This document shows, in pieces, positions 49,426 through 63,141 of a DNA stretch of 64,000 nt (position 1 is the first letter of the stretch; each line of letters starts with the position of its first letter). Source of the stretch: an uncultured Verrucomicrobiae bacterium. GTDB lineage: Bacteria > Verrucomicrobiota > Verrucomicrobiia > Chthoniobacterales > UBA10450. The stretch is from the NCBI GenBank assembly GCA_963801815.1, contig CAWDGJ010000003.1, positions 800,001-864,000 of the forward strand, written 5' to 3'. The position numbers and the translations under genes are program-made. Under the pieces are notes generated by a model, which was not told the DNA's origin, made no database searches, and saw nothing but the letters and a program-made list of their open reading frames with translations.

Positions 49426-50787
49426 CTACTTCGTCGCTTCCTTGTCGTAGGTTACTTTCGCGCCGTCTTTCAATTTGCGGCTGATCGCACTGTAGCTGCC
49501 GGAAATCACTTCATCGCCAGGTTGAACGCCGTCTTTGATTTCCATGTAGGTGTCGTCCGAAATTCCCGTCGTCACTTTGACCGATTGCGCTTTGCCGCCT
49601 TTTTTCAGAAACACCACCTTGGACAATTTCTCGCGTTCTTCTTTTTGGGCCGCTTTCTCCTGCTTTTCATTCACGTAATCAGCGTTGTTGTCGCCTTTAT
49701 CGCGGGCACTCGCTTTTAGTTTGCGCTTTTCAATTTCTTCCGGACTCAAATTGCTTTCGCCGGTTCGGATGGTGACAGCTTGCATCGGTACAGCTACCGC
49801 GTCTTTCACCATGTTGGTCTCGATATCGGCGGTGCAGCTCAGACCCGGTTTCAACGGAACATCATGGTCATCGACCCGAACCTTTACTTGAAAATTTGTC
49901 ACTTCTTCCTGGGTGCCGGAGCCGGTTGTGGTCCCGGTGTTCGCAATCTGATAAACCGTACCATGAAATTTGCGGTCGCCGTAAGCGTCGATCTTCACAT
50001 TCGCCTTGTCGCCGACTTTCACGTTCACGACATCGTTCTCGTTCACATCGACTCGTGCTTCCATGTGATTGAGGTCGGCCACGCGCATCACTTCTGTCCC
50101 AGCGAATTGTCCGGTCGCTACGATGCGTTCGCCGAGTTTGCTGTTTAGCATCGTCACTGTGCCATCGATCGGCGAATACACAGTCGTCTTGGAGAGTTGA
50201 TCGCGCGCCTGGCTCGAGCCGGCTTCGGCGCGCTCGATTTCATGAAGCGAGCTTTCGTAAGTATTCTTGGCTACATCGGCCGCGGCTTGCGCGGCGTTAT
50301 ACTCCTGAATCGAAATCGTTTTCTTGTTGTACATGTCATCGGCGCGTTTCAGATCCTGCGCTGCCTTCAGCATCGTTGCCTTTTGCTGGAGGTTTGTCGC
50401 TTTCGCAGAACTAATTGCCGCTTCCTGCTGTTCGAGCAGCGCCTTGTACGTGTCGGGCTTAATTTTAACCAGGAGGTCGTCTTTTTTGACCTTGCTACCG
50501 TCGTCCACCGGCAACTCGATGATCTCGCCTGCAACTTCCGGCGAGATTTTGACCTCTGTTTCCGGCTGAACCTTGCCAGTTGCCGAGACGGTTTGGAGAA
50601 TCGTCTTTCGCACCGCCTTTTCTGTTGTCACCGGGATCGGCTTCTCGCGCTTGGAGAGCGCGATTGAAACCATGAGCCACAACACGACGAAGCCCACTCC
50701 GCCCCAAATGATCTGTTTGCGGCGGCGGGCGCGTTGTTTGCGGGCGGCCTGTGGTGAGGTGTCGGGCGTGGTTAAGGTTTGGTGCAT
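49426..50787 (-). CDS. Periplasmic adaptor / membrane fusion protein (MacA-like)
   Basis: N-terminal [10 protein letters not shown], coiled coil, SPIDGTV. Confidence 0.92.
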   Translation of the reverse strand: MHQTLTTPDTSPQAARKQRARRRKQIIWGGVGFVVLWLMVSIALSKREKPIPVTTEKAVRKTILQTVSATGKVQPETEVKISPEVAGEIIELPVDDGSKVKKDDLLVKIKPDTYKALLEQQEAAISSAKATNLQQKATMLKAAQDLKRADDMYNKKTISIQEYNAAQAAADVAKNTYESSLHEIERAEAGSSQARDQLSKTTVYSPIDGTVTMLNSKLGERIVATGQFAGTEVMRVADLNHMEARVDVNENDVVNVKVGDKANVKIDAYGDRKFHGTVYQIANTGTTTGSGTQEEVTNFQVKVRVDDHDVPLKPGLSCTADIETNMVKDAVAVPMQAVTIRTGESNLSPEEIEKRKLKASARDKGDNNADYVNEKQEKAAQKEEREKLSKVVFLKKGGKAQSVKVTTGISDDTYMEIKDGVQPGDEVISGSYSAISRKLKDGAKVTYDKEATK

Positions 50788-50902
50788 GGCGACTCAGGGA
50801 GCGGGGAAGTCGGAAATTACCTCACTTTCGACCTTTTCCAACCAAACCCGTTCACCGGGCCGACAATGAGATGCAGGAACCGCGCCTCTCGGATTCAACG
50901 AT

Positions 50903-52021
50903 TTAATTTGGTTGCACCAGTCGCTGATGAATCTGGTGGATCGCCCACCGCGCGTGCTCGGCAATCAACGGCTCGAGATCGGTTGCGGCCTGCCTAAGCG
51001 CCGGCAGATCGTCCCGCCCTCCGACGTTACCCAGCGCGACGCAAACATTACGCAGAAAACCACGCCGCTTGATTCGTTTGATCGGTGAATCGCGAAACAG
51101 GTTGCGAAACTCCGCGTCGTCCAATTTCAAATAATCGCGAAGCGCGAATTCACTCGTCGATCTTCCGGCGGCAAAGGCGCTTTCGCGTGAAACCTGCGCG
51201 AAGCGATTCCAAGGGCAGGCGTCGAGACAATCGTCACAACCAAAGATGCGATCGCCCATTAGTGGTCGCAGCTCTTCGGGAATCGCGCTTTTCAATTCGA
51301 TCGTGAGATAAGAAATGCAGCGACGCGCGTCCAACCTATGTGGTGCAGTGATCGCACCCGTCGGACAAGCTGTGATGCAACGTTCGCACGTTCCGCAGCG
51401 ATCTCGGGCCGGCGCATTCGGTGGCAAGTCGAGCGTCGTCAAGATTTCCGCCAGAAAAAACCAGGTGCCGAGTTTTTCATCGATCAACATTGTGCTCTTG
51501 CCATGCCACCCAAGCCCCGCTCCTGCTGCGTGATCGCGTTCCAGGATCGGCCCGGTATCGACGTAACATTTCTGTTCGCCGCCAAATCCATGCAGGAATT
51601 CATCTATTTTCTTCAACTTCGAGGCGATCACATCGTGGTAGTCGTCTCCCCAAGCGTATCGCGCGATCCTTCCATTTGTTGCTGTAGTGGCGGCCGTGCC
51701 GGCCGCTCTTTTGTGTGCGGCCGACACGCCCGCCTCCACACCCTGAAAATAATTGAGGGCTAATACGATGATCGATTTCGCGCCGGGCAAAATCCTTTGC
51801 GGATCGCGACGCTTCTCTTCGCCGCGCGTCATGTAAGACATCTGACCATGCGCGCCATCGTTGAGCCAATCGTGGAATTGGTCGATGTGGGCTGAGCGAG
51901 CACACCGGGCAATGCGACAGGAATCGAAACCAAGTTGTTGCGCGTATCTGACGAGCCTTTCCTTCGTTTCCAGCGACGTTTCTGCCGTCGTCGCTGGCGG
52001 CAGTGAGGTTGTCACATTCAT
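50903..52021 (-). CDS. queG: Epoxyqueuosine reductase
   Basis: IARYAWGDDYH, VDTGPILER, CGTCERCITACPT, CISYLTIE, GCDDCLDACPWN. Confidence 0.95.
   Translation of the reverse strand: MNVTTSLPPATTAETSLETKERLVRYAQQLGFDSCRIARCARSAHIDQFHDWLNDGAHGQMSYMTRGEEKRRDPQRILPGAKSIIVLALNYFQGVEAGVSAAHKRAAGTAATTATNGRIARYAWGDDYHDVIASKLKKIDEFLHGFGGEQKCYVDTGPILERDHAAGAGLGWHGKSTMLIDEKLGTWFFLAEILTTLDLPPNAPARDRCGTCERCITACPTGAITAPHRLDARRCISYLTIELKSAIPEELRPLMGDRIFGCDDCLDACPWNRFAQVSRESAFAAGRSTSEFALRDYLKLDDAEFRNLFRDSPIKRIKRRGFLRNVCVALGNVGGRDDLPALRQAATDLEPLIAEHARWAIHQIHQRLVQPN
51683..51740. repeat. GTRG-type REP doublet (REPIN-like) inside queG
   Basis: TGTAGTGGCGGCCGTGCCGGCCGC, 10-nt spacer, GCGGCCGACACGCCCGCCTCCACA. 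Confidence 0.7.
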
Positions 52022-52542
52022 GACGTCGCTAGTTGCTCGATTTTGTGCATGATGATTTCTGCCACCCCGTCGTGGTCTCGGTCGGAAGTGTCGATCTCAA
52101 AGTCGGCCGCGGCTTGGTAAAGCGGCACGCGTTTGCGAAGCAATTCGGAAAAGACTGTGCGCGACTGGTCATTTTGCAGTAACGGCCGGGTATTCCGTCG
52201 CGCCGCGCGCTCGAACAGCCTTGCCTCATCGCCATTTAACCAAACAATTGTGCCTAACCGTTTCAAAAGCTCGACGTTTCCCGGCCGAAGAACGATTCCA
52301 CCGCCTGTTGTGATTATCATCGGCCGGTCGGCGGTGACATTTCGGATGACTTCAGTCTCCGCGTCGCGAAACTTCTCTTCCCCATACTTTTGAAAAATTT
52401 TCGCAATCGAAAGCCCGAACTGTGCGGCGACTGCTTCGTCAGTGTCCAAATGAGCCAGACCTGTCCGGCGCGCCAGGGCGCGACCGACTGACGATTTTCC
52501 GGCGCCCATCATTCCGATGAGGACGATCGATCTCGCTTTCAC
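52018..52542 (-). CDS. aroK: Shikimate kinase
   Basis: LIGMMGAGKSSVG, GEEKFRDAE, TGGGIV, RPLL; start reassigned to GTG 52542. Confidence 0.93.
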   Translation of the reverse strand: MKARSIVLIGMMGAGKSSVGRALARRTGLAHLDTDEAVAAQFGLSIAKIFQKYGEEKFRDAETEVIRNVTADRPMIITTGGGIVLRPGNVELLKRLGTIVWLNGDEARLFERAARRNTRPLLQNDQSRTVFSELLRKRVPLYQAAADFEIDTSDRDHDGVAEIIMHKIEQLATS

Positions 52543-52565
52543 TAGGCAATATCGTCGGGTCGGGG

Positions 52566-52681
52566 AAAGCTCCAAATCCCAGGCTCGAACTTCCAACAAA
52601 GGATGCAGTTACTTATTTGCCTTTTGAAGCTTGATAAATTGAAGGTTTTTTGGAGTTTGGACGTTGGGATTTGGAATTTTT
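52566..52681. repeat. Inverted heptamer tandem arrays (TCCAAA / TTTGGA type)
   Basis: aaagctccaaatcccaggctcgaacttccaa ... ttggagtttggacgttgggatttggaatttt. Confidence 0.7.
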
Positions 52682-52688
52682 AAACTGT

Positions 52689-53180
52689 ATGGCTGAGTCA
52701 AAACCTCTGGTCGCAATTATCATGGGCAGCAAATCGGATTGGGACACGATGCGACATGCTGCCGAAACTCTCGATGAGCTTGGCGTGCCTAACGAGGCGC
52801 GCGTGCTCTCGGCGCATCGCACACCAGAAGCGACCACGGAATTCGCCCGCAACGCCTCGGAGCGCGGTCTGCAGGTCATCATCGCCGGCGCAGGAGGCGC
52901 CGCGCATTTGGCCGGAGTGATCGCGGCGCACACGGTGTTGCCTGTTCTCGGCGTTCCCATCCAGTCCAAGTTGCAAGGTCTCGATTCGCTTTTGTCTACC
53001 GCGCAGATGCCGGGCGGAATTCCGGTTGGGACCCTGGCGATCGGAGATGCCGGCGCAAAAAACGCGGCGCTTCTCGCGGTCGCGATCCTGGCTACGCATG
53101 ACAAAAAACTGCGCGAAAAACTGGAAGCCTTTCGCAAGAAGCAATCCGAGAGCGTCCTTTCTGCAAAACTGCCGAGGTGA
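52689..53180 (+). CDS. purE: N5-carboxyaminoimidazole ribonucleotide mutase
   Basis: [30 protein letters not shown]. Confidence 0.97.
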   Translation: MAESKPLVAIIMGSKSDWDTMRHAAETLDELGVPNEARVLSAHRTPEATTEFARNASERGLQVIIAGAGGAAHLAGVIAAHTVLPVLGVPIQSKLQGLDSLLSTAQMPGGIPVGTLAIGDAGAKNAALLAVAILATHDKKLREKLEAFRKKQSESVLSAKLPR

Positions 53181-53184
53181 CTCT

Positions 53185-53291
53185 TGTCATCCCGAGCGGA
53201 GCGAGGGATCTCACATTCGAAGCCGACGTCACACTATCTAAAGAGCGTGATAGATCACCCTGTGAGAGATTCCTCGCTTTGCTCGGATGAC
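53185..53291. repeat. Palindromic MITE-like element (TGTCATCCCGAGC...GCTCGGATGAC)
   Basis: About 30-bp imperfect terminal inverted repeats; related copy at 63762..63870. Confidence 0.75.
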
Positions 53292-53297
53292 CTCGCG

Positions 53298-56626
<3,329 letters not shown>

Positions 56627-56630
<4 letters not shown>

Positions 56631-57169
56631 TTGGTCGCGTTAAGAATGATCTCCGCAGCTGTCCGTAAATCCTCGGCCACCCAATCAGCGCAACTGCCGT
56701 CCGTCATCTTATCCAAGCCAGTTCGAACTCGAATCGCCCGCAGACCCGCGTTGTGGGCGCATTCGGCATCGATCTCCTTGTCGCCGATCAAGAACGACCT
56801 CGAGAGATCGACAGCGCGTTCGCGCGCAGCTTGCAAGACCATCCCGGGCGCTGGTTTTCGGCATTCCGATGGCTGACCGGGCACGTCCGGGCAAAAATAA
56901 GTCGCATCGATTAAACCATCGCCAATTTGGAGCGAAACCTCTGCTTCAACTGCGCGATAATTTTTTTCGCTGAAGAACCCGCGGCCAATCCCACTCTGGT
57001 TGGTGATCACGATAATTTTATAGCCGGCGTTTTTAAGTCGTCGCAGGGCCGCGGAGACACCGTCAAAAATACGAACCTGATCGGGGTGAGAACAATAATC
57101 GGCGTCATGCATGATTGTGCCGTCGCGGTCGAGAAAGACCGCCGGCGACTTCGGGTTAGTCGAAGTCAT
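56627..57169 (-). CDS. gmhB: D-glycero-manno-heptose 1,7-bisphosphate phosphatase (HAD IIIA)
   Basis: FLDRDGTI, TNQSGIGRG, CRKPAPGM, IGDK. Confidence 0.9.
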
Positions 57170-58163
57170 GTTCGAAACTGGAAATCAATTCCTCGCGGGT
57201 GACCGTCGCGGTTCCGAGTTTGCCAACGACCACCGCGCTCGCGTAATTCGCGATTTGGGCGGCCTCGAGTGGCGTGGCGTTGCAGACAAGCGCCAGAGTG
57301 AACATCGCGATCGCCGTATCGCCCGCGCCGGAAACGTCGAAGACGTCGCGCGCTTTCGTCGGGATGTGGTGGGGCCGCTTGCCTCTTTCGAAGAACATCA
57401 TCCCATTTTCGCCGAGGGTTATCAGGAGATATTGCGTTCCCCATTTTCGCATCAATTCCTTTCCGGCGCGGGCAAGATCGACATCCTTTTTTGGCGCAAG
57501 GCCGGCGTCACGATTGGGAATACCAGCGGCGAGAAATGCTTCCGCGCGATTTGGTTTAACCGCCGTTATGCCGCTCCAATCGATCAAGTTGTGGGGGTTT
57601 GGATCCGCCGTAACGATTTTTTTGGCCGCTCGCGCCTGGCGTGCGATTTGCGAGACTAATCCGGCTGCCAGAAATCCTTTGCCGTAATCCTCAAAGATAA
57701 TCGCATCGACGTCATTCAATCGTTTCCGAACGGTTGTAACAGCCCTCGCAATCTGCTTGTTCGAAGGGGGCGTGATTTTCTCGCGATCGACCCGGACAAC
57801 CTGCTGATGCCGGGCGATGATCCGCGTCTTGACGATGGTTTGGAACTTTTCGTCTTCGACCGCGTCCGAGACGTCGATCTTACCGTTCGCCAGCAATTCG
57901 CGAAGTTGTTGCGCGCTCCGGTCATTTCCAATCATGCCGATTATGGAAATGCGGTCGACGAATTCCCGGAGATTACGGGCGACGTTGGCAGCGCCGCCCG
58001 GGAAGAAACTCTCGCCAGTCACTTCAACCACAGGCACCGGCGCTTCCGGCGAAATCCGGCCCACCTTCCCCCAGACAAATTCGTCGAGCATCAGGTCGCC
58101 AATGACGAGGATGCGCTTCGTTCGGGCGCGGTCGAGGATCTGGCGAAGCCTTTTTAAGTCCAT
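57156..58163 (-). CDS. rfaE1: D-glycero-beta-D-manno-heptose-7-phosphate kinase (stand-alone HldE/RfaE domain I)
   Basis: GDLMLD, RISPEAPVPVV, DYGKG, DVSGAGDT, VVGKLGTA. Confidence 0.93.
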   Translation of the reverse strand: MDLKRLRQILDRARTKRILVIGDLMLDEFVWGKVGRISPEAPVPVVEVTGESFFPGGAANVARNLREFVDRISIIGMIGNDRSAQQLRELLANGKIDVSDAVEDEKFQTIVKTRIIARHQQVVRVDREKITPPSNKQIARAVTTVRKRLNDVDAIIFEDYGKGFLAAGLVSQIARQARAAKKIVTADPNPHNLIDWSGITAVKPNRAEAFLAAGIPNRDAGLAPKKDVDLARAGKELMRKWGTQYLLITLGENGMMFFERGKRPHHIPTKARDVFDVSGAGDTAIAMFTLALVCNATPLEAAQIANYASAVVVGKLGTATVTREELISSFEHDFD

Positions 58164-58314
58164 ATGGCCGACGAGGTGCGATGTTGGGCGGAAAGGAATT
58201 GACGTGGGTCAGTCAAAATTGTTAGGCGCAGGTATTTGTGCGGAGCCAAGGTTCTGCTTACAATGGCTTCATTAATCCTGAATACTAAGCCAAAATCAAC
58301 AGTCGAAGCTGCCG

Positions 58315-59118
58315 ATGATTGCCTTTTCTAAAACATTGAAGATCAGCGCGAGCGTGTTCCTTGGGGCCACGCTTTGCCTCCATGCCGCTCAGGCCCCACA
58401 ACGAATCGACGTCACCCAGATGTCGAAGAAGGTCGAGAATGTTGTCGTGCCGCTGCCGAACGAAATCTTTGGCGCGCTTAACAAGCTCGGCTCGGTCAAC
58501 TGGCGCGAATACGTTCGCACGGAAAAAAGTAGTAACTTCACCGAGCGTCCTCGCATTGCCCTGCTTCTGGGGACTGTGATTGCCGACGGTTTCATCGCCG
58601 TCCAGGCGGAAGACGCGCCGGCAGTGAAGGAAATCGGTCAGCGTGTGCTGAATTTGTCGAAAGGCATCGGCGTCGGTAATTCAATCACGCCGCACGCCAA
58701 AGCGATTACGGAAGCAGCCGACAAGCGCAAGTGGGAAGAGGTTCGCCAGGAGCTAGATCGCACTCAGAGTAGCGTGCAGGCAGCGATGAACGAAGTGCAC
58801 GACGAAAAATTATCGCAGCTGGTCAGCTTGGGCGGCTGGTTGAGGGGCACCCAGGTTTTGACCGCTGTTGTGACCAAGCATTTTTCGGCGGACGGGGCGG
58901 AGCTTTTGCACCAGCCGGACTTGCTGGTTCATTTTCAAACCCAGCTTCAGGGCATGCCGGAGTTTAATCTGCCGATCATTCACGATATTCAGGACGCGCT
59001 TGGCCAAGTTAAGCCGCTGGTCGATGGCAGCTCCTCCTCTCACATATCTGCGGAGTCGGTCCGGAAAATCAACGACATCACAACGAAGCTCGACAGCGGA
59101 ATCGTAACGAAGGATTGA
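58315..59118 (+). CDS. Exported helical hypothetical protein
   Basis: Signal peptide (LHA-AQ), VSLGGWLRG motif. Confidence 0.75.
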   Translation: MIAFSKTLKISASVFLGATLCLHAAQAPQRIDVTQMSKKVENVVVPLPNEIFGALNKLGSVNWREYVRTEKSSNFTERPRIALLLGTVIADGFIAVQAEDAPAVKEIGQRVLNLSKGIGVGNSITPHAKAITEAADKRKWEEVRQELDRTQSSVQAAMNEVHDEKLSQLVSLGGWLRGTQVLTAVVTKHFSADGAELLHQPDLLVHFQTQLQGMPEFNLPIIHDIQDALGQVKPLVDGSSSSHISAESVRKINDITTKLDSGIVTKD

Positions 59119-59128
59119 AAAGCCTCTC

Positions 59129-59578
59129 ATGAACCGCTTCATAAAACTCAGTTTGCGGGCAGGCCTGATCGTTCTCGTCAGTTTCGTTCTTCCGCGCGGG
59201 GCCGGCGGAACGGTGGATGATGCGCAATCGTTCGCGCTCCAGTCGGCGGAGCCGTACGTGAAAGAAGGATTTCAAGTTCGCGAGGACTACTGGGGTGGCG
59301 ATCTTGGCTCGGGTGAGAAAAAGGCGGTGCGCCAACAGTTGTTTAAAGGCAATGAGTATTGGTTTTGGCTGGGAACCGAAGTCGAGCGGGCAAAGATCTC
59401 AGTCCACATTTACGATTCCGAAGGAAAACTCGCGGAACAACCGGACAGTTGGGAGAAGGGTCATTTCGCGGCCGCGCACGTCATTCCGAAGGCGACCAGC
59501 AGTTACTTCATCATCGTTTCCGTGGAAGAATCCCCCGAGGAGCGCACCCACTGGGCGCTGGTTTACGGTTTCCGTTGA
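59129..59578 (+). CDS. Exported beta-rich hypothetical protein
   Basis: Signal peptide; QLFKGNEYWFW, HIYDSEGK, WALVYGFR. Confidence 0.75.
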   Translation: MNRFIKLSLRAGLIVLVSFVLPRGAGGTVDDAQSFALQSAEPYVKEGFQVREDYWGGDLGSGEKKAVRQQLFKGNEYWFWLGTEVERAKISVHIYDSEGKLAEQPDSWEKGHFAAAHVIPKATSSYFIIVSVEESPEERTHWALVYGFR

Positions 59579-59614
59579 TCTGCAATTGTAGAAGTTAGGA
59601 GTGGTCGATCTTTG

Positions 59615-60589
59615 ATGACCGAAACGCGCACCCTGCATTTCGATAACGCACGTCAGCTGCAATCACTTTACGCAAACGATCTCCAGCTCTTGAAGCGAAT
59701 GGAAGATTCCCTCGGCGTGAGAGTCACTACTCGCGAAGGTTGGGTGAAGCTCGAAGGCGAGCCGGAGAAAATCGACAAAGCCCAGCGCGTCTTTGATCAG
59801 CTCCAGGCGGCCCAAAAAAACGGTGTGTCCATCCAGAAGCACGAATTTCAATACGCGCTCAATTCCGTGACCGAATCGCGTGACGACAATCTCAGCGACG
59901 CGGTTTCGATGAAGATCACCACCTCGCCGCGCAAGCCTCCGATTGTCGCGCGCTCGGCTGGACAAAAAAATTATCTCGAAGCGATCGAAAAACACGACAT
60001 CGTTTTCGGAATTGGTCCGGCTGGCACCGGCAAAACTTATCTCGCTGTGGCGATGGCCGTGTCGGCGTTAAAAAAAGATCAGGTTAGCCGAATCATTCTG
60101 ACCCGGCCGGCCGTCGAAGCCGGCGAAGCGCTCGGATTTTTACCCGGCGAGCTCGAACAAAAAATCGCGCCTTATCTTCGTCCGCTTTACGACGCGCTCC
60201 GCGATATGCTCGAAGCGGAAGAGATCGAGCGCTCGATCGCGCGCCAAACGATCGAAGTCGCACCGCTTGCTTACATGCGCGGCCGCACATTAAACAACGC
60301 GTTTGTGATTCTGGATGAAGCGCAAAACACGACGACTGAGCAGATGTTCATGTTACTGACGCGCATCGGGCCCCACTCGAAGTGCGTGATCACCGGCGAC
60401 GTGACCCAAATCGATCTGCCGACGAACAAACGGTCCGGAGTTGTGGAAGCTCTCCAGGCGCTGAAAAACATCCCGGGAATCTCCATTGTCTATTTCAACG
60501 AGCGCGATGTGGTACGCCATGAGCTGGTTCGTTCCATCATCACCGCTTACCAACAACATCGTTCGCCTGCGCCGTCGTCGCGCAAATAA
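59615..60589 (+). CDS. phoH: PhoH/YbeZ family ATPase
   Basis: GPAGTGKTYLA, RPAVEAGE, AYMRGRTL, DEAQN, GDVTQIDL. Confidence 0.95.
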   Translation: MTETRTLHFDNARQLQSLYANDLQLLKRMEDSLGVRVTTREGWVKLEGEPEKIDKAQRVFDQLQAAQKNGVSIQKHEFQYALNSVTESRDDNLSDAVSMKITTSPRKPPIVARSAGQKNYLEAIEKHDIVFGIGPAGTGKTYLAVAMAVSALKKDQVSRIILTRPAVEAGEALGFLPGELEQKIAPYLRPLYDALRDMLEAEEIERSIARQTIEVAPLAYMRGRTLNNAFVILDEAQNTTTEQMFMLLTRIGPHSKCVITGDVTQIDLPTNKRSGVVEALQALKNIPGISIVYFNERDVVRHELVRSIITAYQQHRSPAPSSRK

Positions 60590-60593
60590 AGTC

Positions 60594-62231
60594 ATGTTTG
60601 ATTTCGTAAGACGCAGAAGACTTCTGAAGCGCGGATTGGCTTCCAAAAAGCAGCGGCGCCGCCGTACTCGCAATGAACTGCTGCGAAGCTTGGAGTATGC
60701 GCGCTTCGTGAAAGTGATCATTCTCGCAGCTTTCGTAGCGGGCCTGGCCTATTTGATTTTCAGCAGCCAGCAGCCGGAGCCAACCAAGAGTTTTGTGATC
60801 GCGCTGTTGTTTTTCGCCACCGCGGTTGCGGCGCTTTGGATCAATCATCCGGCAACGTTTGCCCAAAATTCGCGCGTCTTCTTGGTTTTGGCGACAATCT
60901 TCGTTCAGCTCGCGGCGATCAAACTCGTACTGATCCTGTGCAGCGAACACGCGTTCAAGTTTCTCACGCCGGAAATGGGCTGGTTGCTTGCGCCTTACGC
61001 GTTCGCGCCGCTGGTGCTCAGTGTTTTGCTCGGAAGAAATCACGGACTTTACGCGGCTTTCTTCGTGAGCTTTTGGAGCAGCGTGCTGTTCGTCAAAATC
61101 GACGCGCCGTTGCTCGTCATCAGCTTGATCAGCGGATTTACCGCCGTTTATCTCACCCTCCAAGTGCGTCGGCGGAGCAAACTCATTCGCGCCGGTCTCG
61201 GAGTCGGGGTCGCGATTTGGCTCGCCTCTCTCTGCTTCGGATTAATCACGATCAACTTTTTCCCGCCAACCGACAATGAGTGGGGAATGATCGGCATCCA
61301 AAGCGCGCTGGCGCTCGGCAATGGAATTGTCACCGCCATGATCGTCGGCGGGGCGTTGCCTTTGCTCGAACATCTCTTCCAAATCACGACTGACGTGTCG
61401 TGGCTCGAACTGTCGGATTTGAATCACCCGTTGTTGCGGCGAATGACCATCGAAGCGCCGGGCACCTATCATCACAGTCTGGTGGTCGCGAATCTGGCCG
61501 AAGCCGCTGCCGAAGCGATCGGCGCCAATGCAACGCTTTGCCGCGTCTGCGCCTATTTTCACGACGCCGGCAAATTGGTGAAGCCGGAATACTTCACCGA
61601 GAACATGAATTTTGAGCGAAACCCGCACGATGATCTCGCGCCAACCATGAGCGCGCTCATCATCATTTCGCACGTGAAGGAAGGCGTTGATCTCGCGCTC
61701 AAGCACAAACTCAATCAGCGCATCATCGACATTATCCAGGAACATCATGGCACATCGCTCGTTTATTATTTTTACCAGCGTGCGCTCCAACAGCAGGAAG
61801 ACGCGCGCGCCGGCGGGAAAATCATGAACATCCGCGAGGAAGACATTCCAGAAGTTCAGGAAGAAAGTTTTCGTTATTCCGGCCCCAAGCCGCAGACCAA
61901 AGAAAGCGCGATCGTGAGTCTCGCCGACATCGTCGAAAGCGCGTCGCGAAGTTTGGAGAAACCGACACCGCAAAAAGTCGAGCAGTTGGTAAACGAATTG
62001 ATCGAGGAGCGGATTGCCGATGGTCAACTCGATGAATGCGATCTGACTCTCGGCGAATTGCGCGTAATCGCCGAGCGATTCCGTTTCACCTTGATGACGA
62101 TGTTGCACACGCGCATCGCTTATCCGAAAGGCGAATCGAAATTCACACCGGTTGATGAGGAAAAGTTTAGGCCAGACGTGATGGCATCGTTGCGCAAACC
62201 CGCAACCGCGCCGCCGGTGTCAGCGGCGTAG
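60594..62231 (+). CDS. Multi-TM HD family phosphohydrolase (PgpH/YqfF-like, probable cyclic-dinucleotide phosphodiesterase)
   Basis: TM region then APGTYHHS, YFHDAGK, QEHHGT, FRYSGPKPQTKE, LADIVE; follows phoH. Confidence 0.88.
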   Translation: MFDFVRRRRLLKRGLASKKQRRRRTRNELLRSLEYARFVKVIILAAFVAGLAYLIFSSQQPEPTKSFVIALLFFATAVAALWINHPATFAQNSRVFLVLATIFVQLAAIKLVLILCSEHAFKFLTPEMGWLLAPYAFAPLVLSVLLGRNHGLYAAFFVSFWSSVLFVKIDAPLLVISLISGFTAVYLTLQVRRRSKLIRAGLGVGVAIWLASLCFGLITINFFPPTDNEWGMIGIQSALALGNGIVTAMIVGGALPLLEHLFQITTDVSWLELSDLNHPLLRRMTIEAPGTYHHSLVVANLAEAAAEAIGANATLCRVCAYFHDAGKLVKPEYFTENMNFERNPHDDLAPTMSALIIISHVKEGVDLALKHKLNQRIIDIIQEHHGTSLVYYFYQRALQQQEDARAGGKIMNIREEDIPEVQEESFRYSGPKPQTKESAIVSLADIVESASRSLEKPTPQKVEQLVNELIEERIADGQLDECDLTLGELRVIAERFRFTLMTMLHTRIAYPKGESKFTPVDEEKFRPDVMASLRKPATAPPVSAA

Positions 62232-62237
62232 CCGCCG

Positions 62238-62351
62238 AAAACCCGAAACTCGAAATCCGAAACAATTTCGAATGTCCAAAATGGACGCAAAACGTTCTTG
62301 AATTTCGTGTTGGTTGATTCGTGCTTGTTTCGAGCTTCGGATTTCGAATTT
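62238..62351. repeat. Inverted heptamer arrays, same family as 47152..47377 but without cargo
   Basis: aacccgaaactcgaaatccgaaacaatttcgaa ... ttcgtgcttgtttcgagcttcggatttcgaattt. Confidence 0.7.
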
Positions 62352-62411
62352 GTAGAATCAGAGATCCTTCGCTACTGAGCGCGGCGTTCGGGTAAGATCG
62401 TGATCAGGAAA

Positions 62412-62550
62412 TCTGAGGAGCACACCCGCCTCGGGTGTTCATTTCGGCGCCTCGCCAAAATGTCCGAATGAACAGCGACGGTACTGATGTCGAAAGTTCG
62501 TGATCGCGAGGGCGCGATCACCAGCACGCGAGGCGCGTGCGCTCCCCAGA
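62412..62550. repeat. REP doublet with GGAG-anchored double-hairpin units in inverted orientation
   Basis: TCTGAGGAGCACACCCGCCTCGGGTG... versus reverse complement TCTGGGGAGCGCACGCGCCTCGCGTG... Confidence 0.7.
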
Positions 62551-62643
62551 AACCAATCTCGCCGCCGACCTCTCCCAAGAAGAACTCAGTCACGAAGAGG
62601 TTTTGGGTGTTCAAAAAAAAGTCGCGGCAAATTTGAGAAACTT

Positions 62644-63141
62644 CTAACCGACGCGCTGGGCGCGTGAGCTAGCGCCGCCAAGCGCCGTATTCAGATGCCA
62701 ATTAGCTAATTTCCATTCGGGGTCGTCGTTCATTCGGTAATCGAACGGACGAGGTGAAGACTTTTCTTCGATGATTCTTGTAAGTTCCTTGTGAATTGGA
62801 TCTGGCTCGTAGACGCGATAGACCAGCTCGCGCGAGGCGTTCCAAGTGATTCGAGCGAGAAACAGTGCGTTTGGTTTTTTCACGTCACCTTTGAAGAGGT
62901 GATCGAGGGAATCGCCGTATTGATCGAGTAATCGTTTCTCAGCTCTTGAAGGCATCCCGTTCGCAGCGAGATCCCGACACTGAAACATCAAAGAAAGATG
63001 CCACGCGAAAACAGTTTTGGGTTCCCAGCCGCGCAGCTCCCGATTGATAACTGCAGCGCCTGGCATTTTGTCCTGAATAAAATCAACGATCGTCAGCCGC
63101 TCATCCGCGATGACGATTTCATATTTCTTTTCAGACTTCAC
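62644..63141 (-). CDS. DUF695-like protein
   Basis: FAWHLSLM, NGMPS, NALFLARITWNASRELVYRV, DPEW; GTGA overlap with nuoC stop. Confidence 0.7.
   Translation of the reverse strand: MKSEKKYEIVIADERLTIVDFIQDKMPGAAVINRELRGWEPKTVFAWHLSLMFQCRDLAANGMPSRAEKRLLDQYGDSLDHLFKGDVKKPNALFLARITWNASRELVYRVYEPDPIHKELTRIIEEKSSPRPFDYRMNDDPEWKLANWHLNTALGGASSRAQRVG

Noticed and set aside
52543..53297. ORF-track N-terminal extensions of aroK, purE and tsaC (likewise nuoC and the permease at 47186)
   Set aside because: The extensions are translations of intergenic repeat elements; conserved domains start downstream
61242..62108. Long antisense ORFs (also 8636..9391, 36139..36873) and the alternate-frame ORF 24728..25576
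   Set aside because: Shadow frames of well-supported genes in GC-rich DNA
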